Counted from the stretch's first letter, positions 39,456 to 53,860 are shown. The stretch: 64,000 nucleotides of DNA from Octopus sinensis (GCF_006345805.1 NC_043008.1:18166001-18230000); one strand, 5' to 3'. Notes: generated from the letters alone by a model not told the origin. A program made the numbers and translations.

Positions 39456-40439
39456 GGTTGCGATGGCACAGGGTGTTAGAAATTGCCAGATTGGTTGTGC
39501 TGTTATTCGTTGTAGTATTATTAGCTGCATGTTTTAATTCACTAGTTTAATTTTTATTTCTCCAGCTGTCTTACCTTATTGCTTATATATATATTTTTAA
39601 ACACTCCCATAATAACTTTATCCGACTGTTTTCCTTATACTTTCACTTTCCTGTTTTTTGTTTAGTTGAACAAGGACCTAGTCCACTATACTTCGATCCA
39701 CTATTAAAATTCTTAACATAAATATTCTTACTCTATCTACAGCTCTCTCAGTCTTTATAACTTACATTGTCCTACCTCTCTCTCTCTCTATTTTCTTAAC
39801 TTCACATTATTCTCTATAATTCGTAATAGCAGTTTCGTATGCCGTTCTCTCCTTCTTTATTATTACTCTCGCTATCTTATTAACAATAACCTATCCATTT
39901 CTCTCAATTTTATACGCTCTGTCATCTTCATTTCCAACACCACTACTCATCATTTTCTTTTAACATTTTTCTAAATCTCCTTTTTTCCTCTCTGCAATCA
40001 ATTTTTATCAAATATCGGTCTTCCATACATTCTATATATACACATTTTTTTTGCGTGTATATAACAGAGTTGAAAACTTAGTGCAACCAGGATGTTCTTT
40101 TGATCTGAAGAGCTAGTTGCCTTCTATATCTTCATTAAATTATAAATATACATTAGTACCATGCAATATACATCATGTATATTAGTGCATGGAGAATGAT
40201 TTATTATACACAAAACTAAAAATATTATTACATGATTAAGGCTGCGAAACGGCTGTCATCTCTCATACTTCCTGACATATCATTTCAGGAGGTATGTACA
40301 CCCTATCAAATGGTTTCGTAATTTGGATCTACTGGACATTAACTGAATTTGATTCTGCTTTACACTAATCTCTACTGTATTAATATGTAGTACATAGCCG
40401 ATTCCACCAGAGGACCATTTTTGTTGTTACCATTGGATT

Positions 40440-40464
40440 CTATATATCCATATACATGTATACG

Positions 40465-40534
<70 letters not shown>

Positions 40535-40605
40535 AGCATACAGATAATCCAAATAAGATACACACATAATCATACATACACACAAACACACACACATATA
40601 TATAT

Positions 40606-40636
<31 letters not shown>

Positions 40637-40818
40637 ATATATATATATAGATAGATAGATATATATATGCACATATGTTGTATTTATAATACACACACAC
40701 ACACACATACACACGCACATACACAAACACACAAATACACTCACACAGACACATACATATACACACACACATACATACACACACACCTACATATACACGC
40801 ACACACACACACACACAT

Positions 40819-40854
<36 letters not shown>

Positions 40855-40897
40855 GATATATATATATATATATGCACACACACACACACACACACAT
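40440..40897. repeat. Compound (TA)n/(GA)n/(CA)n microsatellite
   Basis: Direct reading. Confidence 0.9.
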
Positions 40898-41743
40898 GAG
40901 AGTACTATATGGTCTGCAATGATATTTCCTGTCATGTAAAAATAATCATATTGCTGTTACCCTTCTTTAATACTATCAGCAGCCGAATTGATGGCAGATG
41001 TCTCACTATGTTATTGGATTCAACTTGGTGCGTAATTAACGTCACCGAACCTTTTCAAATTTTCTGCTATTATTATCTTAATGCTATCTTACTTGAGAAG
41101 ATTCTTCACCAAAATAGATGCCAGTTCTATCATTAATACTTGACAATTCTAGACACCATTTTTTTCAGGCGACAATTTATCTTCGATTTCAATTATAAGA
41201 AATGCATTTCTTTTCTATAAATATCTTATTTTTTGCTTTCATCTACCCTTCATTATATTTCAAATGTGAATAACTGCTCGAATTTTACCTACTTATCATA
41301 TTGATATGTGCGTAACTGTCTCTCTTATCTAAGTATCTGCACGGTATTATACTTGTATTTTTAGCAAGTAAAATACCATTGTTAGTAAAACCCAATACAT
41401 AGCAATAAAAAAAATATTGGGGAAGGTACGCGTATTACATCATATATATCACTGCATCTTACTTTTCTTAGTCCATTAAAATTTCATACATATATCTTTA
41501 TATATATGTATTTATATATATGTCTTTGATTACAGGTGAAAGCAGATTTTCATTCGACTACTGCTTAATTCTTTTGGCAAGCGGAAATACGACAGATATC
41601 GCATCAAATGAGTTCACTCATTGCTGCTTTCTTACGGGTTGAACAATAGCTTCTAAGAAGACGAAAGTAGGAGAGAAGTGTATTTAGTGTCTCTCTGTCT
41701 CCCTCTCTCTTCATATCCCTTTCTTTCTCTCTCTCTCTCTCTC

Positions 41744-41814
<71 letters not shown>

Positions 41815-42586
41815 AGGTTGGAGATGATGTACAGGTATGTTGACTCTTTCTATAGTATTATTGAGTGTGTAGCGGTGGGAGAGATATAAGAAAGTACAAG
41901 AAAGTGAGAGAGAGCGCGCGTGTGTGTATGTGTGTTTTGTGTGTGATTTTGTATCTGAAAGATGTGTTAAAGAAAAAGAAGGAAAGGAAGAAGAAGGAGA
42001 GAAAGAAAAATGAAAGAGAGAGAGAGAGAGAGCAAGTTCACTGCATTTGAGAAACGGAATGGTTATGGTGTGGATATATTTGATCAAATGTCTGCTCGAT
42101 CAGATTTGGCCAACAACTGTAGAAACAACGGCACCAGCAGCGAGAACCATAATATAAGTAACGCCCTACTCAGACAATCAATCGAAATGTGTTTGTCATA
42201 TATAAAACAGTGGTTATTGTTTGCTCGTTTATTGGACTGTAACAATCTTTTGCTACGTTACAATTTGATGGAGACAATCATTAAGTGATAAGAGAACTGC
42301 AATAAAAATCGATACACATGTGGCCAGTGCCACATCTAAATACCAATAGGTTGTATTTGTCATTATCGGTAATATGTATAATTAAACAAAACAGAGGAGC
42401 CAGGAAAGTGCGAGGTCGGAATGCAGTCAATAGATCAGAAAGAATATGCAGCTATATCTCTGAGTATTCGTAGTTATATGGAATAACACGAATGATAATA
42501 AAGATCAATTGATCATGATTGTAATATCTTTGATCATAGCTCTCTTTCAATAGGAAATTGCAAGGAGTTAAACAACTTACAAACTA

Positions 42587-42855
42587 GAATTTAAAAAATA
42601 AAATAAATGCACCTTTTTAAAACCTAGCCAAGATCATGGGCCCGGTTTCCCGGTTTCAATGGCGTATGTGTTCCCCAACTGGACGGGACGCCAGTTCATC
42701 GAAGCGTTACTCATTTTTGCCATCTCAGTGGACCGGAGCAACGTGAAATGAAGAGTTTTGCTCAAGAACACAACGCGTCGCCCCGTCGAGGAATCGAAAC
42801 CACAATCTTACGATCATGGTGCTGACACCCTGACAACTAGGCCAGGCGCCTCCAC
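42587..42855 (-). mobile_element. SINE family D with a 9-bp TSD
   Basis: Reverse complement of 38116-38378; TSD tacaaacta at 42578-42586 and 42856-42864. Confidence 0.88.
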
Positions 42856-43214
42856 TACAAACTACATAGGTTATGAAATTTAGCTACACCACTAAATGGC
42901 TCCATGTTCGATTCCATCGTACAACAGTTTGGGTAAGTATCATATAACAAGGCTTAGTGTGAATCAAGCTTTGTGAGTGTCAATCTGACGGTACTGTCAG
43001 AGTGAGCATTTTTGTTCTTTGATTAAACTTATCATCATGTTTAAGACATCTGCCTATTATTTTCCTGTGGTTAGTGGAGCTCACTCCATTACAGCCATTT
43101 GAGCGAAGTCTCAGTTTTCAGCAGGTGAAAGGACAAATCCCTCTCTTCATCCCAATTCTAGAGGCTGTGACATGGGACAAGATGCTGTATTTTCTCTTCT
43201 GATTCTTGTATGAA

Positions 43215-43333
<119 letters not shown>

Positions 43334-43473
43334 ATGCATGAATATATATATATATAAATTTAAAATTGAGGATAAAATCTTTATAAGAAATTATCAGTAG
43401 TTAGCGTGAAAAACCTCGTAAGAGAAAAAATCCGTAAATTTTTCCACTTTGAAAATATTTATTTATATTATAT

Positions 43474-43648
43474 AGAGGGTACTACTATTCATAGATACCG
43501 CACGATAGGAGAGACCCTTGCGGTCAAAACTACTAAAATAAACAAAATAAACAATATTGTACCGAAATTGTTTATTCGGTACAATTTTGTTTATTTTAGT
43601 AGTTTTGACCGCAAGGGTCCCTCCTAGCTTCGGTATCTATGAATAGTA

Positions 43649-43657
<9 letters not shown>
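43474..43657. repeat. About 184-bp near-perfect palindrome between microsatellites
   Basis: agagggtactactattcatagataccg..gacccttgcggtcaaaactactaaaataaacaaaa..ttgtaccgaa / ttcggtacaa ttttgtttattttagtagttttgaccgcaagggtc..cggtatctatgaatagtagtaccctct. Confidence 0.92.
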
Positions 43658-43721
<64 letters not shown>

Positions 43722-43852
43722 GAGTAACAAATGTAAATGTTGACAAATTCATAAATGCAGAAGTTTTGATGCAATATTGTTTTATTGTTGTAGTAACATA
43801 TCTAAAAGAAAATACATAGCAATTATAGAATTTCAGTGTTTGATATGCATAA

Positions 43853-44070
43853 GACGGCGAGATGGTAGAATCAATACTGTACCGGAAGAATATGCAACAG
43901 CATTTCTTTCGGCTCTTTACTTTCTGAGTTTAAATTACGCTGAGGTCGAAATTACCTTTCCATTTGTGAGGATTGATAAAAGAAGTAACAATTGACCGAT
44001 GGACTGGATGTAATTGACTTACCCCCTACCTCACACCTCTGGTCTTGGGCCCAAATTAGAAAAAACTATT
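43853..44070 (+). mobile_element. SINE family A, degraded
   Basis: gacggcgagatggtagaatc...ttctgagtttaaattacgctgaggtcga...gataaaagaagtaaca. Confidence 0.65.
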
Positions 44071-45514
44071 TCGAATACGCACATTTTCATATTGGCGGAA
44101 ATTATGATGGGGAGATATTCAAGATTGTCAAGGAAACTAAAAATATTCACAACGTGTATCATAAAACTCTATAACAACATTTATTTTACTCTTTGGACAG
44201 TAAGTGTTATTTCTTATTTGCTTCTATCTGGAAATCAAAGGAGATGACAATCACTCCCTTCAAATTCTACTTTTGTAACCTGAACTTGTTTTGAAACTGA
44301 CTCGTTTTCCATTACATTTTAGACAGATTCAGCGCTGAGTTCCTGAAGCAGATTATTCTAGATCTTTCAAGAAGTTTCTAAAGCTTTCAAGAATTTCTAG
44401 AACTTTCTGGCAACATAGATGGCAGTATGAATACAGGGGTCGTATGTTTAACAGTTTAGCTGCTCAAGAGGAGACAAGTTTGAGGAGAGCAAATTTGAAG
44501 TAAATATTAGCCATTTTTCATACTCTCTAAGCGAAGGCAATTATTATATTCTAAATTAGGAAATAACAGTTTCTACTCAGGGACAAAAATTGTGTTAAAC
44601 AGTGTGGTATATACTTATTGATTTTATCTGACTGAACTATTGGAACATTCCATAAACGAGTCATAATATTTGATATTAACGTAGAGAGAATAAAATTATT
44701 CATTATGGGCATAGTGAAAACGTAGAGCATACAGGAGAAGCAAGGGAAAATAGGGAAATTGTTAGGGATAAAATTATGTGGAAAATCTGGTTCCCTTTAA
44801 AATAGAAGTGAATCGCAACAGACAGATATGATAAAGAAAAGAAAGTGTGTCTCTTTTATGAAACTGGAAGTATAAAAAAATTTATATAGAGAAGAAATTA
44901 TTATAATAAAAACTTAATAGAAGCAGAACTGTTTGGGAATGTCCGCAGGTGTATAGAAAGAACAGAGTGAAAAGGTTTATTTGTACAGATTTACGTACAA
45001 TTAGAATTCCTGCATTGGAAATCATGAACGATATCTGATAGACGAAATGAGAAAAGAGATAAGACAATTCGTGCGGGGGAACGTTGGAGTGGAGATAAAT
45101 ATATATGAAAGAAAGCTATGATGGCAAGATAAATGTTACAAATGAAATTTTGTAAATCAAATTAAAACAATATAGAAATAAGTTCTGATTAAATAAAGTC
45201 TAGCATAATCTATTTCTCAGTTTAGGAGTATATTTACGTAAATGAGAATATTTCGATGTGTTAGCTGCTAATATTGCGTCTAGACAATAAAGATGTATTC
45301 AATAGATGTTTTTACTTTCGGTGACATTGCTTTATAAACACAGCTGCTTTCACTCGTACATTACCTACCATAAGTTGTTAATGAATTTATTATACATTCA
45401 CCGAAGTCTCTTCAATTATGTATCTGTATTAATGTCTATATGTTCTAACTGTGGCTATATGTATACTTATATCTACAATTATCTGTCTATCGAGATATCT
45501 TCTGTTATCTTTTA

Positions 45515-45655
45515 TCTTTTACATGTTTCGGTGATTAGACTACGACCACGCTGTGGCGCTACATTCAAGAATGTTTAACCGAATGAATCGAACCCAGTAA
45601 TTAATTTTGTTTAGCATCGTACATATTCTATCGGTAACATATGCCGAACCGCAAT
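45515..45655 (-). mobile_element. SINE family B tail, degraded
   Basis: cttttacatgtttcggtgattagactacgacc...tattctatcggt...gccgaaccgc. Confidence 0.6.
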
Positions 45656-45685
45656 GATGTGGTTGCCTTTCCATTCACACTTTTC

Positions 45686-45750
45686 AAACAATGCGGTTTC
45701 AGCCACCACCAACCATCTTTCTCCTGCAGTTGGTTGCTCATCAGTTGTCT
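45686..45750 (-). ncRNA. Hammerhead-like motif with a degenerate cleavage site
   Basis: Minus strand agacaa-CTGATGA-gca-accaac..gttggt-ggtggct-GAAAC-cgca-ttgttt: 6-bp stem I and 6-bp helix in stem II, but no UH. Confidence 0.5.
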
Positions 45751-45829
45751 TCATTGTAACGAGATTTTCTTTCGTGGGGAAATATCGTAGCCGAGCCCAC
45801 CCAGCTGTGACCTCTAGATGTCTTCCTGT

Positions 45830-45839
45830 ATACATACAT

Positions 45840-45889
<50 letters not shown>

Positions 45890-46142
45890 ATATATGTATG
45901 TATATATATATATATATGTAGATATATATATGTATGTATATATATATATGTATTATATATATATATGTATGTATATGTATGTAATATATATATGTATATA
46001 TATTATATGTATGTATATATATATGTATATATATATATATGTATGTATATTATATATATGTATATGTATATGTATGTATATATATATATGTATATACATA
46101 TATATGTATGTATATGTATATATATGTATATATATATATATG

Positions 46143-46189
<47 letters not shown>

Positions 46190-46207
46190 TATAATATATA
46201 TGTATAT

Positions 46208-46242
<35 letters not shown>

Positions 46243-46294
46243 ATATATATATATATAGTATATATATATATGTATGTATATGTATGTATATATA

Positions 46295-46327
<33 letters not shown>

Positions 46328-46470
46328 TATATATGTGTGTGTGTATATATATATATGTCTGTATATATATATATATATATATATGTGTGTATTTATATAT
46401 ATATGTCTGTATATATATTATATATATATAATATATATATATATGTGTATTTATATATATATATATATAT

Positions 46471-46505
<35 letters not shown>

Positions 46506-46530
46506 TATATGTATGTATGTACACGCACAC
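45830..46530. repeat. (TA)n/(TATG)n/(GATA)n microsatellite
   Basis: Direct reading. Confidence 0.92.
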
Positions 46531-46531
46531 A

Positions 46532-48474
46532 CAGGGTATCAACAACGTAATTAAGGAAACAGAAAAATTTATTAAAATTACAATGAAAACGTGATACTGT
46601 TGATATGTTTCCATAATATGAAGTGAATAGTGAAGTTCATATAAAACAGCTAATACATTTCTATTTGGACCCCATTCGTTGCATGAAGGACGTCTGTATT
46701 CAATTTCTGTCCGTTTCTTTCATAACATGGAATGGAAGCACTCCGTCGGTTACGACGACGAGGGTTCCGGTTGATCCGATCAATGGAACAGCCTGCTCGT
46801 GAAATTAACGTGTAAGTGGCTGAGCACTCCACAGACTCGTGTACCCTTAACGTAGTTCTCGGGGATATTCAGCGTGACACAGAGAGTGACAAGGCCGGCC
46901 CTTTGAAATACAGGTACAACAGAAACAGGAAGTAAGAGTGAGAGAAAGTTGTGGTGAAAGAATACAGCATGGATCACCACCATCCCCTGCCGGAGCCTCG
47001 TGGAGCTTTAGGTGTTTTCGCTCAATAAACACTCACAACACCCGTTCTGGGAATCGAAACCGCGAGTCCGCTGCCCTAACCACTGGGCCATTGCGTCTCC
47101 ACTTTTCTTAACATACCTTAATCAACAGTCGCAAAAGCGGCAGTTATTCTTAGGTAATCTAACTCCTTTATTGTAGTTGGGTACACGATGTATTTAGTAC
47201 ATCCCAAAAGTATGTGGATGTTATATCTGATAAAGGAGGTTTGGCAATGAATTGGATCAACTCCTCCTATCCTGCGATCTGAATGGTTTCTATTTAAAGA
47301 TCCGTGAACGTTTATTCGTCAGTGAACGGTAACACATGGATTGAGCTCTTCTAGTTTTGACACAACGTGTTCTTCTAGAACATTCAACAATATGTCAGCT
47401 GTTATTGTCTTTTCAAAACGAAATTGACCAATAACTTTGTACCAAAATTCGTGAAGCACACATAAACCATTGAACTGTCACGTTTCATCCGTAAAGTAAA
47501 TACGATTGAGGAAGTTGCCTTCTTTGAATTTTCCAGGATTTTAATAGTAAATTCGTTTCGTTGCAGTTTGTTATTTAACTTAACTGGTTGCAATAACTAA
47601 ATTTATATGCGTATATCCTCAAATTCCTATGGAGCACAATATGAATTTTGACCCCGAAATTTTTATCTCGGTAATTATAGTTGAGCGGAAAGTGTTCGGG
47701 TGAACTTAGCGTTATAGAGGACGAAAACACCCAATATCTTTTTCAGATGTTCTTGGCCTTTCGGTTTATGTAGCACCCTCTTTTTCTCCATTAATTGCTA
47801 ATGCTAGCTGCGAATCGTCTGACGTGCCGGAGATTGTTTTCTATATTTAGATGTGTAATTTCTTTACGTTTCAATATCTGACTTTATTTCAATAAACAAA
47901 GACACACTTTGTGTCATTTCTTCAGACGTCTTCATTGTCTGAAATATAAAACCAGCATTAATTGCGGTCCGAACCATAAAAACATAACATTGACAAAATT
48001 ATTAATAACATTAAAAGACATTTAATAATAACATATTAGATGTCTCGAAAACAACTTGCACATGCAAGTGCTACCAGTCAAAAGCTCCGTATACCGGAAG
48101 CCAGCAAGTGTATGGGGTCATCAGGAGAGAATGCGCGCCGTTTCGGGGCCTACCTCTCGACGGCATCAATGCGTACCGGCCCCCCTCACTGATATGAGGC
48201 CCCGCTTGCTAGATCAACTGGTTAGTAAATACAGTTCAATATTCTTCTAGCCATCGCTCATCGTCTCTTTTTAACCAAATCCAGTGGCTAGCCTTCACCA
48301 CTGTAGTTTGGATATCGGTCTTGGTGGTATTGACTTCACGATAACAACAGTCGTGTCACACTGTGTCCAACGAACCCTCTACATCCGACTTCGATTGGTA
48401 AATTTAGATACCAGCTCTTCTACGTTTTTCGTAACAACATATTGAAATTGTCGAAAGTCTTTGTGGACACCCTG
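46532..48474 (-). mobile_element. Decayed Tc1/mariner-superfamily transposon, interrupted by a SINE and another insert
   Basis: TIRs cagggtatcaacaa (46532) / ttgtggacaccctg (48474). Minus-strand remnants: ERPRTSE (47730-47770), KVIGQFRFEKTITADILLNVLEEHV, LNR..RRIG..DPI..SDIT..FWG..KYIVY, and C-terminus DVLHATNGVQIEMY* ending at 46650. Confidence 0.75.
46729..47102 (-). mobile_element. tRNA-derived SINE family C inserted in the Tc1/mariner transposase
   Basis: Reverse complement of 59746-60121; imperfect TSD tttc(a/t)taaca. Confidence 0.88.
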
Positions 48475-49146
48475 TGTGTACATATGCGTGCGTGTGTGTG
48501 TGTGTGCGCGCGCATACACATTTATTTGCCGATAATATGGTCACTTTTCATATATCATTGTATGAGTAATAATCTTTTATTAAGTTTCTTTGTGCAACAT
48601 ATATTACCTCAGTTGCAAATTCGCGAGAATGCGTTAAATTTCACATGCATATACCGAGTTTTGTAAACGGATATTCCCACGTTTATTTATTTATAAAACA
48701 ATTGAGTATGATCGAGATGCGTAATACAGGAGTTAGATGAAATGCATCCAAAACGAAATCCCGATCAATTCGATAGATTCATTTGAAAATCTCGTGACAC
48801 TGTTGGTCGGTTTCAAAAGCAATTTCATATTGCAGTAATTTGGTTTTGTTCCTTTTTTTCACAACAAATTTTTCGAAAGACAATGCCCTGTTTGGGTATT
48901 CAGAGAAAATATGATCTGCACACGGACAGGGAAATTTATCTGGTAGCAATGTTTTTTTAGTTATCCAGTTTTTCTTAAGTATTTTTCATGTAATATTAAG
49001 AAGCATTCAAAATAATGGACATGGAAAAATAGTTGTTGTTTCGTATTTTTATGATTGATATTAACCAAGCTACAGAATTTTTGGAATATTTTATAACCTA
49101 CAGTTATGGATCTAAATTCATATATATATATATATATATATATATA

Positions 49147-49283
49147 CGACGGGCTTCTTTCAATTTCCGTCTACCAAATCTACTTTGGTTGACCTAATGC
49201 TATAGTAGAAGCCACTTACTCAAAGTGCCACGCAGTGGACTGAATCCGGACCCATGGGGTTCGTAAGCAAACTACTTACCACT
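49147..49283 (-). mobile_element. SINE family B 5' half
   Basis: cgacgggcttctttcaatttccgtctaccaaatc...gtgccacgcagtggactgaatccgga...aaactacttaccac. Confidence 0.8.
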
Positions 49284-51881
49284 TGCTTACATGTACATCT
49301 GTGTGTGTGTGTGAGTTTGTCTGTGTATGCATATATACTGTGATAACAATTTTCTGTAACCAAATATCTGTGATAAAGGACATGATCTCGAACGCCATAG
49401 CTTCCAAGGTATGCATAGCATTCAAGACGAAATTTCGCTCCCTGTTAAAGCTGGGCACTTTTACTTTCTCATTTAGTAAATAACGTCATGTGGAGACTTT
49501 TGGGGGACTGCTGCAACAATAGACTAATAGGAACAAATAGAGTCTAAAGGCGCAGCTTACGCATGAGGAAAGCAATTCATAACTTTTGTTAGCTGCAGAG
49601 TTAATTTACGTTCGTTTACAGCAGCCATTATTTTTCCTATTCTAGAAAGATTATGATAAAAACAATGCAACAAATAAATCATCGAAACATTTATTTTAAA
49701 TATTTCGAACACAGAAAGTAAATTATATCAATCAAATATATACTATAGAATCATTTAACACTTCATAAAATTCTCATAAAGGAAGAATATTAGTGTGTTA
49801 CATATATATAATATGATAGACAGGGCCTGTTGTTGATTACAGCAAATTCAATAATATATAAATGTTCAATACATAAAATATGGTCCCAGATTAACAAGAG
49901 CGATACATTAGGTTTACAACTTTATCAATATAATCACGAATGTAATTATTTTAATTGTATTGTAATGTCACTGATGCCTAGGTAGTTGGATTCACTGGTG
50001 TGCTGGTCCTGGCAATAATGGCAACCAATTATCGGTAGGAGCACTTTTAACTGTAGTCAGGGTACCTTGGGTATAAACAATATTTTATCTTTCGTCTAAA
50101 TTAGTAAATGACATTATGTATCAGAGATGGCTCACCTTTACTGCCTAATGATGGTTGTATGTGTACAAATTAAAAAAGAAAAACTTTCGCTCGTACGCAT
50201 GTCAGCTACAGCTTAGCTTTATCCCAATTGCGCTTGTAATATGATACCAACAATTTAATGCTATAAAGAGCAATTCTGATCGCATTGGCATTCCAAACCA
50301 GATCAGCTCAGATCTTCACTCGATAACATTAACCCTTTACTTGATTTCTTGATATTTAACATATATATTATCTGCACGGCATGTTGTAACAAATTAGTAG
50401 ATTTTGCATTTAGCAATAAATGCCATTCCATCGTAAAAAAATATTCCACTATCCTTCACAAGAATAGAACAGTGTTGCTTCTTTTGAGTATAAAAATTAC
50501 TCCACGTGTTTTGGATGAAGGAAATGGGATAATGGACAACTCATGTTTATTTCTTGAGCATTGAAATGGATTTCTTGTGTGAATGCAGGTCTTTATTTTA
50601 TTCATATTTATTTTACCAAACTCAGAAATGTGAATTACAGAGTTGACTTCGTGATTTATATGAAAATAAACAAGCAATGCTCTGAATTATTTCGCCCGTA
50701 ATGGACAAAAGTTTTGCGTATATTTTATATTCAGTAATGAAGAAAATATATAAATTTATATAGTTGATTGATTTATACCAGTTATTACTGGTATATTTTT
50801 ATAATTAAAAAAAGATAAAATTAAGCCCTGCAGATGTTTTACAATAACATATAAGAGTTTCCCGCTACTACGGGGAAAATTATTACTGTGTCTACAAAAG
50901 GCAAAATAAATCTCATCAGAATATAAGCTTTAACAATTTAGTGATTGTCAGCTGATGTCACCTGATGTCAACAGACAATTTAATAACTTTATGATTAAAT
51001 ACCATAGCTCACGTCTAGTGGAAAATACCAACGGAAAGATTACTTCCAGATATTTATGAATAATAAACAGCTTCTTGAAGGTCGGTCGATTTATTTTGTA
51101 ATTCTGTAAGCCAGAAAAAACGCTGTTCATTTTATATTATTCATTTAGATTATTGTTATCAAAATTAATAAATAATAGATCATATTTTTTCCCAATATTT
51201 TATGGGTATTACATTTTATATCTACTTCAATATGCAGCTGATAGAAACATTGATTTCATAATAATATTAATTGAAGCTCAGGTCAGTCAAATACCAATAA
51301 TGGAAGTGTCTCGCATTACTAAATAAGTAAATACACTTTTATATAATGGCGTCTAAATAAAAGAGGAGGGCATGAGACATTTTTCATAAATGGTTGAGAC
51401 TTCGTTTTTCTCTACTTTGGAGTAAAGGTCAAACCAAGATAGGGATAGAGTGAAATATAAATATTAAACTTGGCAAAGTTGTCTGTGGGTTACCTGAGCG
51501 TAACTTTCAAAATCTTCAATATGTCTATACATTTTTGGAGATACCCTTTCTGACATTCTCATTAAAAAATATATACCTTTGCTAGAAACAGTGTAATTAA
51601 CACGTCTAGGGCATATAAATTTATTCAAAGTTTCCAACGATGCACTCGATATAAATCACAGTCTTACAAATACTAATCTAACTGGATCGAGTCAAAAGGA
51701 AGCAGCAGGAATATTTAAGAGAAGAAATATATTCTATGTATAGGCTAACCTAGGTCAATATGTACTTCAGATGTTCATTTGTAACCGGAATTTTACAAAT
51801 CAGGTCGAAATTTATTATCTTTCGTTACTCCGAATTGAATAAAGGTAGTTTCACTAATAGGCTCAATATGACATCTCATGT

Positions 51882-52290
51882 GCAGGCATGGCTGCATGCT
51901 AATTAAATTACTTGCAAGCCACATGGTCCTGAGGTTAGTCCTACTGCGTAGCGCGTTGGGTAAATAACTAATAATGACCCGAAGCGGTCAAAGCCGTGCG
52001 AGTGGAGTGAAATTTCGTAGTGGGAAACTGAAAGACGATATTCGTTTACATGTGTATATACGTATGTATGTGTTTGCCTTTGTGTTGGTGTATATCTTCA
52101 CTCCACAGCCTGACAACTCGTGTTGGTTTGTTTATGTCCCCGTAACTAGCATTTCGGTATAAAAGGTCAATAGAATAAGCACCAAACTAAAAAATAAACC
52201 CTGGGTAGATTCGTTCAACTAAAGCCCTTCGAAGCGATGTAGAGAAATGTCCAAAATCTAGTGACTGAAACAAGTAAACGAAGATAAGAG
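51882..52290 (+). mobile_element. SINE family B, degraded full length
   Basis: gcaggcatggctg...ccacatggtcc...ggaaactgaaag...gtccccgtaact...tgactgaaacaagtaaa. Confidence 0.75.
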
Positions 52291-52513
52291 ATCCTACATA
52301 GATTCTGGTCTTATGCAAAGCAAAATTAACAGAAACCGGTTGATCAGTTCATTTTCAAAATGGAAAAGATTATCTGGCATTCACTATAAATATGAATTAA
52401 CATAATAAATAGAATTCGTAAAACACACACACGCACACTCACATAGATGCATATATACATACATATATAATAAAATATATATGTGTGTGTGCGTGCGTAC
52501 GTATATATATATA

Positions 52514-52560
<47 letters not shown>

Positions 52561-53289
52561 TATATATATATATATGTATATTGATCAAAATAAAATAAAA
52601 ACATGATGCGAAGGATTCAGCGGTACATATGTTTCGGGCCTTTATTAGACAGATTTATAACAATGCATAATATATGTCTGTGGCCTTCTCAGCCGCGCAC
52701 AACAGCTTCCACAAGTACATGTGTTACATCAAAAATTCTTGGTGGGGATGCAAATCCTCTCATTCACGTACGACATAATGCGGCAGCAGCATAGAATTGA
52801 AGCGTCCATCTCTTTCTCCTCTCAATGTAGAATGAGGAAAATTGGATGTTGAGGTAATGTAAATAAATAAATACATATATAGAGGTGAAGATGGAGGGGC
52901 GAGAGTTCGGGACGAGGGATAAAAAATGTATAAAAAGTGTAAGTATAGAATATATAAAAATGTAGAGGATAAAGATATAAAGAGTTGTAGGAGATGTAAA
53001 GGGGGTATAAAGAAATATAAAGAAATATAAATAAATGTAAAGGCATAGGTTATAAAGTAAAAATAGAAATAGAAATAAAAGTAAAAAAACCTGATAAAAC
53101 CATGATAAAAGTGTAAAAGAATGTAAGATAAGGGATGTATAGAGGTTACGGACCAAGCATGGTGGTCAGGAGATTGATAACATTTAGTTGTAGAATTGTC
53201 AGTAAATCAACAGTTTCGTCTGGGGACTTAATGCGTTGTAAATCAGAGCTGATGAGCATTTAATCTGGTTCCTTGAATTAATGGACTTC

Positions 53290-53357
53290 TAGTACATACA
53301 TATCATCATGGATACATACACCCACATACACGCGTACATATACGCCTCCATATTATG

Positions 53358-53407
<50 letters not shown>

Positions 53408-53820
53408 GTATATATATGTATGTATATATATATATACACATATATATATATGTATGTATGTATATATATATATATATACACATATATATATATGTATGTA
53501 TATATATATATATATATATATATACAATATATATATGTATGTATGTATATATATATATATATATACACATATATATATATATGATGTATGTATGTATATA
53601 TATATATAATACACACATATATTATATGTATGTATGTATATATTATATATATACACACATAATATATATGTATGTATGTATATATATATATATATACACA
53701 CATAATATATATGTATGTATGTATATATATATATATATACACTTATATATATATGTATGTATGTATATATATATATATATTATATATATACACATATATA
53801 TATATGTATGTATGTATGTG

Positions 53821-53854
<34 letters not shown>

Positions 53855-53860
53855 TATATA
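53290..53860. repeat. (TA)n/(TATG)n microsatellite with a higher-order unit of about 40 bp
   Basis: Repeating tgtatgtatg(ta)n-cacatatatata blocks. Confidence 0.85.

Noticed and set aside
42010-42288. 92-aa ORF in non-repeat-looking DNA
   Set aside because: Starts in a (GA)n tract; no recognisable domain or splice support.
50329-50564. ttaaccct terminus and FAF..KNRTVLLLLS peptide suggestive of piggyBac
   Set aside because: Similarity is too weak, with no second terminus or GGVD motif.
53245-53280. CTGATGAG on the plus strand (also CTGATGA at 5263)
   Set aside because: No downstream stem II plus GAAA.
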